Positions 12,539 through 27,500 of a stretch of 64,000 bases of DNA are shown piece by piece. Source of the DNA: Raillietiella orientalis (Eukaryota); contig JAYWIR010000015.1 of the NCBI GenBank assembly GCA_036172245.1, positions 1,674,001 to 1,738,000 on the forward strand, read 5' to 3'. Below the pieces are notes generated by a model that saw nothing but the letters and a program-made list of their open reading frames with translations, was not told where the DNA came from and searched no databases. The stretch's first letter is position 1; each line of letters opens with the position of its first letter. A program made the position numbers and the translations under genes.

Positions 12539-15500
12539 TCAGTCTTTCGAGAGGACGCTGTCACTTTTTCCTCTGGCGTACATTTTCATGGCGGTTTTGC
12601 TCCCGACGTTTCCCAGCATCCTGTCGAGGAGCGACTGTTTGCTTTTCTTCCGGACATTTTGAACTTCCCTAGAAAGCTCCTGGAACACGTCTGCAACTTC
12701 CGTGACTTGTTCTGCTGCTGACACTTCCCAGAAACGGCAGTCAAAGTCTTTTCCCAAGATTTCTCCTGGAATAGTTTTCACGACTTAATATGGTCCTTCC
12801 TTCCTTGAAGACAATTACAACTGTTGCATGCAACATCTCGGAAGCAGAAAAACAAGGGGGACAGTGAAATGAGACAAAGAAATGGGAATTGCGTTTCGGA
12901 AACAAGGAAACAGTAAAGTGAATCGAGGAGCGGAAACCACAAAGAGCAGGAAAGAAACAGAGAGCTTTCACTTGCTTTCCATCCTATGGAAAGAACTCAT
13001 TGCAAAGCCACGTATTCACAGGGGAAAGTCGGCTTTAGAGGAAAATTACAAGAATCATAATGAAAATGACGAGAAGGAGATGGATGATGAAATTCACACA
13101 CCGTAGGCACAATATAGGCGATTCTGTTCGTAACAAAGTGTGTTTGCAGAGAATGAAAAAAATACAAACACTTTTTAAAACTTCAAACATGCAGAAATTC
13201 CGCATCCTTTTTATAGAATCGGAATTCATTTTCCGAGATACTTTTATTTAGCACGATAGGTCATCAACACCGATAGTTCAGTTAAGGTGGCGCTTAATAA
13301 GCCGTTAAGTTTCAATTCCTGACTTTTCGCACTCTTAATTTGTCTGTATAGAGATTGTCTGGCAAGAATTGGGAAAAAAAAAAAAAAAAAGCAATGCGAG
13401 ACGAAAAATTTCATTAAAGATCATTTTGGATGTTTGGTATGAAAACAGCTGCCCCGCTGAGGTGTACACAAGCACGTGCCACGTCTTTCAGACTCTCGAA
13501 GTGAATTTCAGGAACTGAACGTCCAGGTGTTACGCAGGATGTCAGTTCATCAGAAATTTGCGAGATCCACCGCGAGCCTGGATAGCCGAGTGTACATCTA
13601 GTCCATGAGACAAACTGCCTGAGGCACAGTTCCAACTGACCAGCAAGTGGAATGGACTAACGCCTTTGCTTCCTGTACTTTCGAGACATGCAATTCATTT
13701 GCAGCATTTTCGTGGTCCTGTTGGCAACCCTATCGCTTCAGTTTAGGCGGCCCTGCGACCTCGGCACCACGGGCGATGCAAGTTGGCGCCTCCCACCGCG
13801 AGTCTTCTTGTGCCGCGCACACTGACCAAAGCTTCGTGACTGAGGCACAGTTCGAAAGCAAAAGATTCCCGCATCTGTCGGTCCACCAGAGAGTTAAAAC
13901 GCGGGTAAACGTGCAGACATGTGAAGGCGCCCACGACAAAGCTGGACAAAACTGCGGAAGGAATAGCCACGTTCAGATTTGTTGCCTGAACTTGACAGGG
14001 TCGCACGCATCACTAGGAAGAAATCCAAATTAAACTGGTCAGTGGCGGCGTCGAGACATGCCTGAAGTGGAAACGGAGTTGAGGAGAAAGTACCCTTTAA
14101 GGATGCAAAGATACGTCGTCTCTCGCTGTCGTATAAAATTCGACGACAGTTTGTGCAAATGCATGGAGCTTAGAGCTTAAATTATTAGCCAATGGATAGC
14201 CGATCAAATGATGGCCGCTTTCAAAAATCAGCGATTGAAGGTCGAAAAAGAGAAAGTAGCCACTGCAATACTTTACTGGCAAGCTTTGCTTCTTTTTTTT
14301 TTTCTTAACTTTATTGGGATCCTAACATATACTTTCTCTGAGATCTGAAAACGAAATCCCAAGAGACTGTTTAGTTTGGGAACCTGTGATCCCCAGATAA
14401 AAAGTGTAACGAAGACCAAAAACTGGCTGTACACAGAGTGACCACTTGGGGAAAACGGATTACCAGAGGAAAAGCAGAGCACTGCTTCCCGCAAGTTGGT
14501 GGCTGGTTCTTTGCACTCTTTGGGATACAAATCTCTCGTGGTCGCTCTGCAACGACCCGGAACTGTGGCCATCGTTACAACAGCGGATGACCGCTCACGA
14601 TCCCGTCGTTTCGTTCCGTTGCGATTCGACAACAACAGACGTCCGCTGTTTGCTTGAACTTGCAAGCCGCGGCGAGCTTAAGACAGGCTCGCTGCCCACA
14701 ACCAATCGAAGTCCTGATTTCAAACTTACAAAGTTCAAATCGAGACTGATGAGACTCGATTCCGGATTTAAGGACAAAATCGTAACTTTTTTCGATCGCA
14801 GCACTTTTGCATTAGGACAGGAGCAAGATCGTGAAATCCGGGATCAGTAGAGAAACCATTTCACCATCCGGGAAATCATCATTTTTCTGCTGCCCCTCAT
14901 TGCTTATGCAGTGCTGTTTCGAAATATAAAATAGACTTCATGAAAGCAGTAGACTTTGCCCGTACGAGAACGACAAGGCCTTTCAAAGGTCAATCGACTG
15001 AGAAACAGAGACGAAAGTTGATGTCATCATTAGCGTTTTCAACCCGACACCTTTAAGAGTCACTCCGCGTTCGTACCTCACTTAAGCATCAGAAGTAGAA
15101 GACTCAGGAAAGCATCTTTTCGAGGTGACTTGCGTTTTTTTCTTTTGTAAATGATAAAATTTGAGAATAACTAATGAATTACCCTGCTTTCCCATATTAT
15201 GAAGTTTCTCATTTGTGGTTCATGGGATGTTTTAAAGGACCGGTATTTGAAGACCATATGGTACATAAGTCTCCCGTGAAACTTGGAGCAAAGGCACTGT
15301 TTACTATTCGCAAATGAATGAGTACGCAAAGAATCCATCGTAAAGATGACAAGGTTTTGCAAAACTCGAGAAAGAAACGATACTCTTCGCGACTACTGTT
15401 GCCAGGATATGCAACTGCTCACATGAAACTCATGCCTTCATCCGGTAAACTCAGTGATGTTTCCTCCGATCACTAAGCTCTCCTAACACGAAATTAATAC

Positions 15501-18500
15501 ACCCCTTTAGTATATCTACTGACGTTTATCGTGATGCTCCCAAAATTCAGGTTCAGATTTACTCTCAAACATAGGTTCACTGGCAATCTCATCCAAAGCT
15601 TTAAGCAACCCTTAGACCAATGAGACAAAACAAACAAACAAACATTTCCACAGTCGATCTGGACACGATTGTGGAATTTGTGAGAAATTCCAAGAACTCT
15701 TTCTAAAACTTCATGCAGGCGTTCTCAGCCACGTGTCCCCGCTCGTGTTCCTTTGATCTCGGAACCCTCTTTTCATCCGCATCTAGCTCATGGGCTTAGA
15801 TATACCTACAGCTTGCTGCAACGAAAACTCACCAAGAGCGCTGCCCGGGTGTGAGATTCTTGCCACAGTTGACACTACGCTGATCAGGACATCTAGCAAT
15901 AGATATCTAATAAGGGAGCTCTACGATTCTTCATCAAAAGGTTTCACTGCTTGCACATCACCAGAGCTCTACTGCCTTCCAGGGCTTACAATTGGATTAA
16001 GTCTACAGGAGCGGAAGCAGCAGAAGCCTTCCAAAGAAAAAAGAGCTCACGGATCCTTTGTTGTGCAAACGTATTCACTTCGACAAGTGGGAACATCGGC
16101 TTCCACACCATCGTAAAGCTTCTTCTTTGCTGTAAGAGAATGTCTTCCAGCTTTTCGCCAACCCTACCGCGATTCGAGTTTTCTCCCGGGCTCACTTCAA
16201 CCACCAACCTCCTTCTCAATTTCCTTGACACATGTTTTGCCGTTAGGAGGAATTTCATGATCCCTTCTCTGTCATCTGACTTCCTTGATGCTTAATAGGA
16301 TCCCTTCTTCGTCCTTGGGGTCGTTTTTCTCTTCTTTTCCAGACACAGCTGCGGAATGTTTCCGCTTTTCTTTTGCTTCTTCCGAAAGGAAAATTTTTCC
16401 TCACAACTCACGGATGCACCTCGAGGCTTGAGAGAGAACGTTGGAACAATCTTCCAGGATATTCTGACCCGACATTTCCACACCATGCTGACATCAACAA
16501 TTCGACATCAAACTAAATGGGTGTAAAACTGACAACGGACTGCTGCACAGTTATTTGTATTTCAATTGATGTAAATGCAAATTTCTTTCCGTTAGCCATC
16601 AAAAACGTCTAAACTGTTAAGCCGAATGGAGGAAGGAAGTTTGGCATAAGTGGTCCGTTTTCGCAATTCTCTGCAGCTGACGACCAAAGACATCTTGTTC
16701 TGCATCATCAGGGAGTGGATCGATTCATTCATTAGATTCAGCAGTGGATGACACGATTAGTGTACGTTCACCTGACGTTCATTTGCATTGGAGATCAGAC
16801 CAAGGATGGAAAATCATGGCATTTCTGAAACTGAAGGAGGCAAGTAGTTTCCTGGAAAGCATTGATGGGCAGAAACAGAGACATCTGGTAAACTTAAAAC
16901 GAAGCAATGAAAGCACTGGGACGGTGATTTGAGGCTTCCCATTCGAATGGGAGCTGATGCACGTTTTTCATCGTCTGTTGCTAAGAATCGTGCTTGCTTC
17001 CTTTTGTTTCCAACAGACAGCAAAATCATAATGAAAGGGAGTCATAGGACTTGTTAGGTACCATTGTGTTCAGACACTAATTGTCCAGTAGGTAAATCTC
17101 ATCACCTTATAAAGGAATGCCGCCGTTTGTTCCTCTCACGAATGATTTACAATTCAGCAAATCTTTGAACTGAATCCCTTATCGAATCAAAGAAGTGCTC
17201 GAGAAAGATGACTCGAGGAAAAAAACACACACACACATGCATGCACGCGTTCATTGCGTTTACACTCTTTCTGAGACGCCCTGAAATTAGATCGATCGGA
17301 ATTATCCGCTTGCATAGAAGGTACTCCCAGCTTCACTTCGATGTCGTATTCTCTCCCTAGCAATCTGGAAGTCACACCCCCGAAACGATACTCAGTCGAT
17401 ACGTTCTGCGGTCCTCCGCAGATCTTAGCATCAAGACAAAAATCAATCCGGGTCAGATGAAAGAGGTACGGTGGCTTAGGAGGAAAAAAAAAAAAAAAAA
17501 AATCCCAAACATTCGATTCAAACAGGCTTCCGCGCTTGCAACTAAGACTGGCAGCTTGCTCAGGTAAGATGCACTGATAATTAGAAGATGAAATCGTCCG
17601 ACCACTCTCTGACGATGCACCGATTGCCTTATAGTGTAACAGGTCATTTTGATAATGAGCATCTAGTCAGTTGTTTATAACTGTAAGCACTCTAACGTCA
17701 GGAGATCAGCATCAGCAACCACCGTACTGGGGAATGAACACAGCGATCTAGTGAAACATTTCCGCAGAAAGTGAGCAACACACATGAGACACCACACATG
17801 CTGCATATTTACCTTCGTCACTACTTATCTGACGTAAATGCGTCATGTCATTCTTGTTGCCAACCAATACAATGGGATAGATGAGGGAAATGGAATCTTT
17901 AGGCATCGATGCTCTTTGATCATCGATATACTTTTTCAACTTCTTTATGTGATTGAAGCTCGTCCTCTCAGTGATGGAGTACACCAATACGAAGCAGTTG
18001 GCCCATTGGATGGCTTCTAATGTAGGCATGCCATCTTTGGTGGGCTTGGGAAGGAGATCGAAACACCATATCATTATGTACTCAATGCATGATACACATC
18101 GTTAGTAGAATCACTACAAGCTGCTTCTGGAGGGGGGGGGGGGGGGATTGGGCACTTTTTTTTCAGTGCAACGCATCGAAGTTTCGTAAAAAGCTAAATC
18201 GAAAGATCAAAAAAAAAAAAAACCCTCATGTCATTAAACTGTAAACTGTGCGTGTTGCTTAGCTTTGCTTTGCTTTTTCCAATTTGCAGCCTACTGAGAA
18301 CCATCAACCCCGGAAATTCCCGTATGACGACAAACTCGGTCGGATTCGGATGCTCTCAAACTAAGCAATTCCATTCCCTTGTGCGTGCCGATCCGACCAA
18401 ACAGAAATGGGAATACAGTGTAAAGAGAAATGTATGTTGTCAAAAACATTCCTTGATGCACACTAAATCGAGACTTTTAGATCACGGTTTTCCTTCATTC

Positions 18501-21500
18501 TATTAAATGTTTTCGCATTAGGGTTTTCCTTATTCTACAATAAATTTGCGAATGTGTTCCACAGTTTGGTTTGCTTATACATAACCGGTAAGCTGCAATT
18601 TCGTAGCTATAGACAAAAGTCTAAAGATCGATCGTTTCGGTTTCTTCAAGGAAGAATAACCAATGTCCTGCAAAGGTGACCCCAAGTTTGATGTGCCCAT
18701 GGAATCGTAAAGCAAAGATCCCAAAAGTTTTACATTTGGTTTGGTACTTCTTCTTCTGCTTTTTGGGTTCTTTTAAACTCTAAGGCTCAAGTGAAGCTGA
18801 AGTTCCTCGGCTACCGCTTTCCCAATTTGTTAAATAATAATCCATAACTGCGTGAATGTTTGATGTAAGAAGCATTAGTACATGAAGCAAAACATAAAAA
18901 AAAACAATCATATTAAAAAAAAAAAAAAACAAACACTTCAACCAGGTGAAAAAAGAAAGTCACATCTAACCTTGGAGCAAAAGTCCCATATTTCAAATCC
19001 CACTATTTCGCCATCAACCAGAACCTCATTTTTGTAACGATTATCTAAAATTGCAAATTGAGGAAAGTTGTTAGTATCTTGTGTTTATCATCACACAAGA
19101 AAATTAAACAAAATTTTGAACGCCGGCAAATCCAGCGCAACAACAACAACAACAACAAAAACTCCTAAACTGCAAACTCGGAAATTGTGCACAGGCTTGC
19201 CAAAGGTTCGCGTGCAATTTCTCGTAGAAAATCATTCCTCTTCGAAATTCGCGCCTTGCATGTATTGGAAATTTATGTAGGAAAAAAAGAAAGAAGGAGA
19301 TCAGAATCAGATGAGAAATGAGAATTCGAAAAGATTTCGAAAACTGCTGCGGTTTTTATGTTGTAAAGAAAGCGGGGAACAAAGAACCTTACAAGTCTCC
19401 TAAACAACTGAATATGAAAGATATTTATAAGAGTTGGCAATCAGAAAATCTGATCTGTTCTGATATTTAGGAATACAGATAAGAAGGTTCAGGAAGCCTC
19501 ATCTGAACAAATGTTGCTTATGTTCACTGATGATTTGAGATCCTTATACTGCAAGAGCAGGTCATTTGAACGAAGTATATTCATTTCTACTTGTTAGTAT
19601 GCATATGGTTTGACCAGAGATGACAACATGAGACGGATCGCTGTTCCCGCTGTTTCCCCATCCTCAACAGACAAAGTAGAGAGCGTGTGCAAACACCTGA
19701 ACACTTCCTGCATACAGCACCCCTGAACATTGCAAATGGGCAAGTGAACGACGGAAGTTTAAGGCTTCACAAGACAAGCAAGATGACCTTTTAGCTGTGT
19801 TGTGACCTCTCGATGCAAACGGCATTCGTTTACCTACAACGCCATGCTGTTTGAAAACTTAATTTACATGTGAATCATGGTTCAAAGTACCTCAGTGGTA
19901 CTTTGAAAAACGCTGCTGCTCATAGCTGATGTACTGATTCGGAAATAGCTACATAAAAGTTCGAGGTTTTCGATAGGGAGCATAAATGCCAGCTTGAAAG
20001 TCTTCAGGAGACATGCAGAAATGGTTAACCGTGTCATCGATTACGTATTTCGGGAAGAGGAATCAACGGTCGCTGAACAAAGGAGCAGAGGAAGAGGGAG
20101 GGACTTTACAAGTTGCATTCGGATTTTAGTTTTCAAAACAGTTGGGTGATTTTGGTCGGCAAAACTTTTCTTTATGTGAGTCTTCTGATCTAGAACCAGA
20201 AACCGCTCAAACTCGAGGTGCACACATTCTTTCTTGGTTAGTTGTGAGGCTGAACGGCATCTGCGCATGATGATGTGTACATGAAGTATAGTGGGAGGTG
20301 AAACTGAATGGGTATGTGCACTGCCGACGACCATCTCATTTTTCCCTCCTTTGCTAGAACTCGCGTTTTGGTATGAATTCCTGTCAAACTGCGTCACTTA
20401 TAACTGATGAAAATCCAGGTGGTGAAGATGGCTTGGAGACCAGAGAGCAGCACATGGGCAACATATGACCCACGCGGTCTTTTCATAGGGTCCGTCAAAA
20501 GTTTTTTGTTTTTGTTTTTCAAGTAAAATTAACCCGCTTGCTATGATGCTCGCTGATGTCACTCTTTTTACTACACACATTTTAAAATAAACAACGAAGA
20601 TACATCGTGAGGAATTTCCGGCTGTAGAAAGGGTTTTGTCCATGCAGGGAGTATTAGTTTTCGACAAAGCTGTAAGTGGAGAGCTTTCTGAAATAACGTA
20701 GCCCCACAAAATGGCCAATACCAGTAAAAGGAAGAAATTCGCTTGCTAGACACCGGCGGCTTACTTCTGCATGATCTCCAGAATATTTCTTTAGAAAAGT
20801 AGATGGAACCGTGCTGTTGCCGTAAAACGGGGGCGACTAAGAAAAGAAAAAAAAAAAAAAGGCAACCCGGACAGGCATTTTACTGCAGGGCACAAAGAGT
20901 TCAAGAAGATGACCGGTGCAGCTCCAAGTAAAAAGGTGCGCAGCTTGAAACAAACTTTGGAACGGCAGCAGCAGCCAGTGACAAAATCTCGCCTTGGGAA
21001 TCCCACACTATCGTGAAAGTACGCATGCAAGCTACGCAGTCAGCGAGCCAGTCCGCTAAGCATCTTTCCGCCACACTCGAAAGGATCGTCACAGCACGCC
21101 CTGTAAAAACAACTGTTCGGATCCGTGCAATGTTACAAAATTATACTCAAAGATGTTGGCTTGTTCCGCACAACCGAAAGGATCGACGACCAGCTGGGTC
21201 GACTCTCTGTCTGGGAAGAGCGAAACTTTCGCTGGCATGCAACGAGACGACCGACATCACAAATGCAGCCCAGCTGTCGATCTGAATTCGTGGACTAAAC
21301 CAAAACATGGATATCTCCCTCCTGGGAGATATCATTCCCTCAACAAATTCCGTATCGAAATATTACGAAGCGAAGAGACCGTGGTAGTGGAACCGGCACT
21401 GCATCGGGGCAAAAAGGCGTTGCCCATGGCTGCTCGGGGGATTGCTGTGGAGTTGGAGTGGTTCGAACAAGTCTATGGTGAGCGTGTTCCCTTCTCCTCA

Positions 21501-24500
21501 GAAACTTTACATGGTAACGGTGTGGAAAGGGTGTGGACTCGTCACATCAATCCAGAGGAAGTGGATGCGCCGCAAGCACAGCACACGATCTCGAGGGCGA
21601 ACGAAACAGACAGCGCCTGGATGTGCAGAGTGAGGCTTTCCGAAACGGGATAAGTATGCGGGAGGATATCCACAGTTGGCAGCTTCGCGGACAGAATCAT
21701 CAAGGAAGAATCAGTTCTACAATGGAAAGCACTTCTACAGGGCAAGCGTTGGTGAATGCATAGATGCAGCACCAAAAAATCTTCATCGGCAACCTGGTGA
21801 TTTCATTCGTGCTAAGAGTGCTCCACTCTTTTCTGATAAGGATGAGATTTCGTTTGAAGTGGTGAAAGAAACTATATCCCAGGAAGAGAAGTCGCAGGAT
21901 ATTGCGATTAAAGAATCCGATGATTCCAGCACCGGAAGACAGCAGGAAAGCAGATGGTTGGTTGGTCCTGAATGATTATTATTTCCATGTTCTTCGAGGC
22001 GAGGCAGGAATTATTTAGTTTGGCGCAGTATCGAGAAGGAATTCTTGTTGCCTGTTGGCCAGTTGAATACGGAGAAAATCTCTGCGGCTACAGGAGGCAC
22101 CTGTTAGCACGCGAGACGTTCATGTCTGAATGACTTTGCCACTTTGCAATGTGTGCAGAGACAAGCAAGGCTCAAGAATGCTGAATGCCCAAGGCTGCCT
22201 GATTTTAGCAAGGAACCACGGGAGGTGCATTTTACTTTTGAACCTCTTCGAAACGGAGGAAGCCAACACAAAGAACGCGAACACTTTTGACTCTTGCGCG
22301 TATCCTCGCTGAACTGAACAAGCATGTAGATGGTGGATACTCCCAGTAAGGTTTCTGTGATGTGCTCCTATCATTGTGGTGATAAGAAGAGGAATCCTTA
22401 TCATCAAGATGGATCCACTGTGGTGGTAGTGAACCGACTTTTCGCTCATGACCCAATGACAATTCATTTAGAGCATTCATTGAGTATCTTAAACATCACT
22501 GTTGCAGGAATTTTGTTTGTTGTGGCACTGCTCTTGTATGCTGGTGGCTGGGGATCAAAGACTATAGAGTATATAAATTTTTCATTCACACGTGTGGTGA
22601 AAAAGCGCAACCCTTTGATGTTGGCGAATGCACTACTGGTGAGAAGCGAATGGCGGCAGCACAGCTTTGAAATGCCATGTTTCCAGGCTGGGCACTATAC
22701 TTCGCTATTGGCACCACTTTCCTAACATTCTTGAGTTCCATTCTTTCTTTGCAAGCAGAACTTTCCACAGAGTTGTCTAAAGAAAGTGACTGGGCACCGG
22801 GTACGCAAAAAAGCTTTTGCCTTTGGTAGCCAAATTACACTTGGTATGATGGTGACAAAGGATAGCCAGAATGTGCCCAGGCACCGGAACCTGGCCGGGG
22901 ACCACCTTTGCTTCTACGGTGGTGTCCAGCAGGCATTGGTGCATGCAGTGGCAGACTGGCAGCATTGGGGGGATATCGATGTCTTCTCTGTCTACCCATG
23001 CGTCTTAAAGTGGTAAATATTGATATCTCAGTAACTGTCAGAGCAGTAAGCACGAGACTGTGCACGGGTGCGTTGCTTTGACATTACACGAGCTAATAGG
23101 AGGCTAAGACAACCAGTAAAACAACGCTCTTTAAGATGACGAGACGGGTGCAAGGATGCAGGGCCGCTTTGTCATCCTGGATGGTGTGTGTGATTCTAGC
23201 TCGAGCTCCATTCAACTTCATTTAGGAAAAAAACGTGAGAGTCCACGGTGTTCGAGGGGGAAGCATCAGCATTCTGATCAGCGGTCGTCTCATTTGGAAG
23301 AGCTATTTCACAAAAGCGGACAAAGAAGCGCGTGCTCTCGCAGCTCGCCGGCAAAACCCAGATCTTCCAGCCATTTCTCGCAGATGAATTTGGACATCCC
23401 AACAAATTTCCACAAGTTGTTGAGACGATTAGCAAGAGGAAGTGATGAGTACCTTTCTGTTTCTGCTATAAGGGGAGAAGCAAAATGGAATTCCGTCACA
23501 GCTTTTGGAAAGATGCGAACAAAGACCGCGCTGAAAATCACGGTTTCCCAAAATTTGTAAATTTTTCAGAAATGAAGAAAAAGACCCCTTGGTGGAAAAA
23601 AAGAAAAAACCTTCTGGTCCCCAATCGGTTGGGAAGGAATAAAGCCGATGGCACGTTTGCAGCACGACATAAAGTTTCAAAAAAAAAATCCGAAGCGAAA
23701 ATAGCTCTTCCAAATGAGACGACCGCTGATCAGAATGCTGATGCTTCCCCCTCGAACACCGTGGACCCTCACGTTTTTTTCCTAAATGAAGTTGAATGGA
23801 GCTTGAGCTAGAATGCCTCGTGCTAAGAAACCGTTCTATAAACCGACACTGAGTTTCAAATGTACAGTGCAGTACTCAGATAGGAAAGCAAGCAGCATCG
23901 GTGACAGACAGGCATAATCAAGGCCATTGAACGGATCGTTCTTCTATCTGAAGCACTCTTATTCATGCAACAAACAGGGATATACAAAAGGGAGAATACA
24001 CAGACGCGACGTGATGCGGAAAGCCACGGTTTGGAAGCTGCAAGAAAGCATGCAATGATCTGTACAAAGAGAAGGTTTGCTTTTCATCAACTACGGTTTA
24101 TGGTTTCCGCCAACATATGCAGATGCTTAGAAAAAAGAAACACACACACACACACACACACCGGAGTGAAACACCTTTGTATCGACGTGTGAATCCAGAA
24201 ATAGTTGCTGACATGGTCCAAATCCTCACGTGACCTGCGAATTTCTTTCAGCCGCACATCGCTGACATTACGCATTTGCTCAGTTCTGTTTTACATGATC
24301 GTCGCATAGAAAAAACGCGTAGTCGATAGTGTACACAAAGCATGCTGTTACACATATCAATAAGTTGCGCAGAGCAATCTCTTGAGCAGAGGAAAGTCCA
24401 CTTGCGTGACGCTTGGCACTGCGTGCGCGCACGCAAGTGCATGGAAAGCATGACGATGAGCATGGATGTGTGTGGGGGGATCTGATGCTGCAGCTTGGGT

Positions 24501-27500
24501 ATCTTTGCGTGAGACCGGCGAGCACGCAGATCTCCCAAGCCAGCGCAGCGTACAGTACTTGCCGTGAGTGCCCTAGAGCTCACGAAGGAACGCATGTATA
24601 CATTAGTCCGAATACAAGTGGCATCCAAATGCAAGCTGCATACCTGACATTCAAGCCGGAGGGAAGGAAAACGATTTCCCAACGTGCACCCCTACACCTA
24701 CCATGGTACCCTACTCGGATAAATGAGAACGGAAGCCAGGAACAAGACACTGGAGAAACACGAGCGTGCAGAGAGAACGCACTTTGTACTTTAGGCCCGA
24801 AACCCAGATACAATGTACTTTAGGCCCGAAACCCAGATACAATGTACTCTCTGGGCACCAGCCGTCGGAAATCGGAATTTTTCAGGAAGGATGACCTGGG
24901 CTGCCGTTTCCGGGAAAAGCTGCAGCCACAACTGCATCCATATGTGGCTTGCGAAAGCGCGAGTTAAAAGCGCACCTCCCTCGCCTGACAAAACTGCATT
25001 GAGGTTTTGATGATTCTCGGCATTCGTATGCATGCACCAGATAATCACGAATGAATCGACTCGATTAAGCAGTAATAAGATACGATCCACAATTTGACCC
25101 CATCACGCAGCTCCTCCTCGCAGCTCTTTCATTTCACAATTTAAAAACGGTAACTGGCAAAAGCAGTCTGGAAGCATTCGTAGAATAAGTTTAGGAAATA
25201 AATGTCCTTGTTATTACGGGGAAAAAAAAATTACAGCAATTTTTGGATAAAGCAAAAAAAAAAAAAATGAATTTACTATGAAAATCATTACCTGAATGAT
25301 CCAAATACTGCCCTATGTACCTTTTCGTTAGGAACCTCACGATTAATGCTGCAAATAAAATGCATTAACACAGACAAGGCAAAAAAGGTTTAAAAACACA
25401 AGAAAAAAAACACTTTGGGAAAACACTTTGACTGAACCGCATCGACATTAAAACGCTTAGAGTGCTTCAAATGAATTTCTGGATCTCGAATTACCTTTCT
25501 CCGTTCACGCAAGTGTTTTGTACACGGCTGCTGTCGGCACGTGTACGGACCATTCTACAATTAGATCTATCGCGAAATTTGGACGTGGGTTCCAATGATC
25601 GGGAAAGGAGAGGCCGATGCGAAAGAATAGATCGGTCCTTCCAAAAAAATCTATACGGAGAGAAAAACAATCTCGAAATACAGTTCGGTGTTTGGGGTTT
25701 GTGCTACTCGACGACGACGTACAGTTACGTGTCGCGGGCCTTGGGAGAGCTTACAGTGCCTTTGGTATGGACTTGACATCTACCAACAGCACTGCAATTT
25801 CAATGGGTAACTGCTTAGAAAGCTCCCACAACACTGAAGAACGAAACCATCCTGTGCAAAAGCCTGAACTGGAAGCTGGCGATTCCGCGGTGGTTGATAC
25901 CTTCACTGATGGACTCTGCTTCCATATTCGCTTTTGCTATTAGTTCACCTTGATGCTATGCGACCAGTAGTGTTCTAATGGCGCCGTTTAAATCCATCAC
26001 TTGGAAGATGCAATGACGAAACCATGTTGAGACTACACTGAGATCCTGGAATGACGAAGGTCAGGGGCGCTCGATCACTTCCACAAACACGTGCTTATGG
26101 AAGATACACAAAGCTTTTGGGATCTGTCGCACAAATGCTATGCTGTGCATGTATGTACATGAAGTTTTCAACACGTTTGAGAATTTCAAGTAATAAAAGC
26201 ATACTTAGTGCTTCCTTCGGTTTTTCCCAAGTTACCCATCAACCTTCTCAACTTGAAACAGGTGTTCTCTTAACATGGAAGATTGCAAACGCTGTTTCGG
26301 ATTTTTACTCTTGCACGTGTCAACTGAAGGTAATAACGCCATTTTTGGAGACTGGAAGAATACATGATGACCGCAATCAAAAAGATAAAAGGTCTCTATC
26401 GGTGGTTTCCCGTCTCCCAGAGGAGGCCGATATACAATGTCCGAAAGGTGCAAATTGCCGAATGGTACACGCTTTCCATATGAAAGACGACTCCCAAACT
26501 GAAGAGACTGCTGCTGTTGTGTTTACATATTTGGCAATGAAACAGTACCAATCAGAAATACCTCTTTGCTCAAGTCGACTTCAAATGTCTTTTGTGTGTT
26601 GCATAGAGTTCAGAAAGCTTTATTTGCGTGTGTAACACCCGAAAATTCGACATTTGCAATCGCCCAGGGGGGTTACTTGGTCTGTTTATGATCACTTGCT
26701 TCTGACAAGAAAGTGCAGTTGCTCTTTGCGACCAAGGACCATCAAGAGTGGAGTTTTCTGGTAGGTGAAGCAATCCATCAGCTGCCAGAAAACTTTCCTT
26801 TTAATTTTCTGCTTGGAGGTACTAGAAATCTTCCTTGGTTTATATTCAATTCATGAAAAGCAAAGGAACGATACAAGCTTTTGAATTGGTATATTCACGG
26901 AGCAGATTTCTTGGCTGCATTGCTGCTCCCTGCTTACAACTTTTTGCATTCATTCATTAATGATCAGCTGTGATTATCATTTACCTCACTAATGCTTCGT
27001 ACATGTGCCACAGCGAATTCTGGGAAAAAGTTCTGTGTTTGCCAAAGCATTGAAACTATAAGGGCTCAAAACTAGAAAAAATAAAGTTCCCCCCCCCCCG
27101 ATGGTAGGGAAAAGATCGGGGCGGCAAAACAGCAGTAAAGCACTGGCAACAAGACCGTGTACCTAAAATGTACACACTGCGCAGAATCACGTGTACAAAG
27201 TTTGTCGTGGTAATGAATTCAAGACCCCGCAAGCACTTGAATTTTCTCAAGAGATAGAAGCAATCATGGTAAAGCACCAAGAAACTACATCAGCACTGCA
27301 CCACTGACATGGGGGGGGAAAAAAAAATACGATAAATTTGAAGGGCACAAAAAATGAAACAACAATAACGAATAAGTATGAATTTATTCATACAGTTTAG
27401 AATTCTCGAAGAATGATTACTCAAGTCATTATAAAAATTTCAAAGTACAACGTTCATTTTATTTGTAACATTCTCTCAGAAATCCAAGTGAAAATAAATA

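Noticed and set aside
15200..16500. Possible decayed LINE reverse transcriptase on the minus strand
   Set aside because: Only faint matches (VKPFD, FKYR) and no YADD or QG motif.
19881..19907. 11-bp-arm hairpin ttcaaagtacc-tcagt-ggtactttgaa
   Set aside because: It is short, isolated and intronic, with no supporting context.
24785..24848. 29-bp repeats as a CRISPR array
   Set aside because: They are head-to-tail with no spacers, there are no cas genes, and the DNA is eukaryotic.
26051..26635. 194-aa plus-strand ORF in GTPase intron 1
   Set aside because: No recognisable domain, and it is antisense within an intron.
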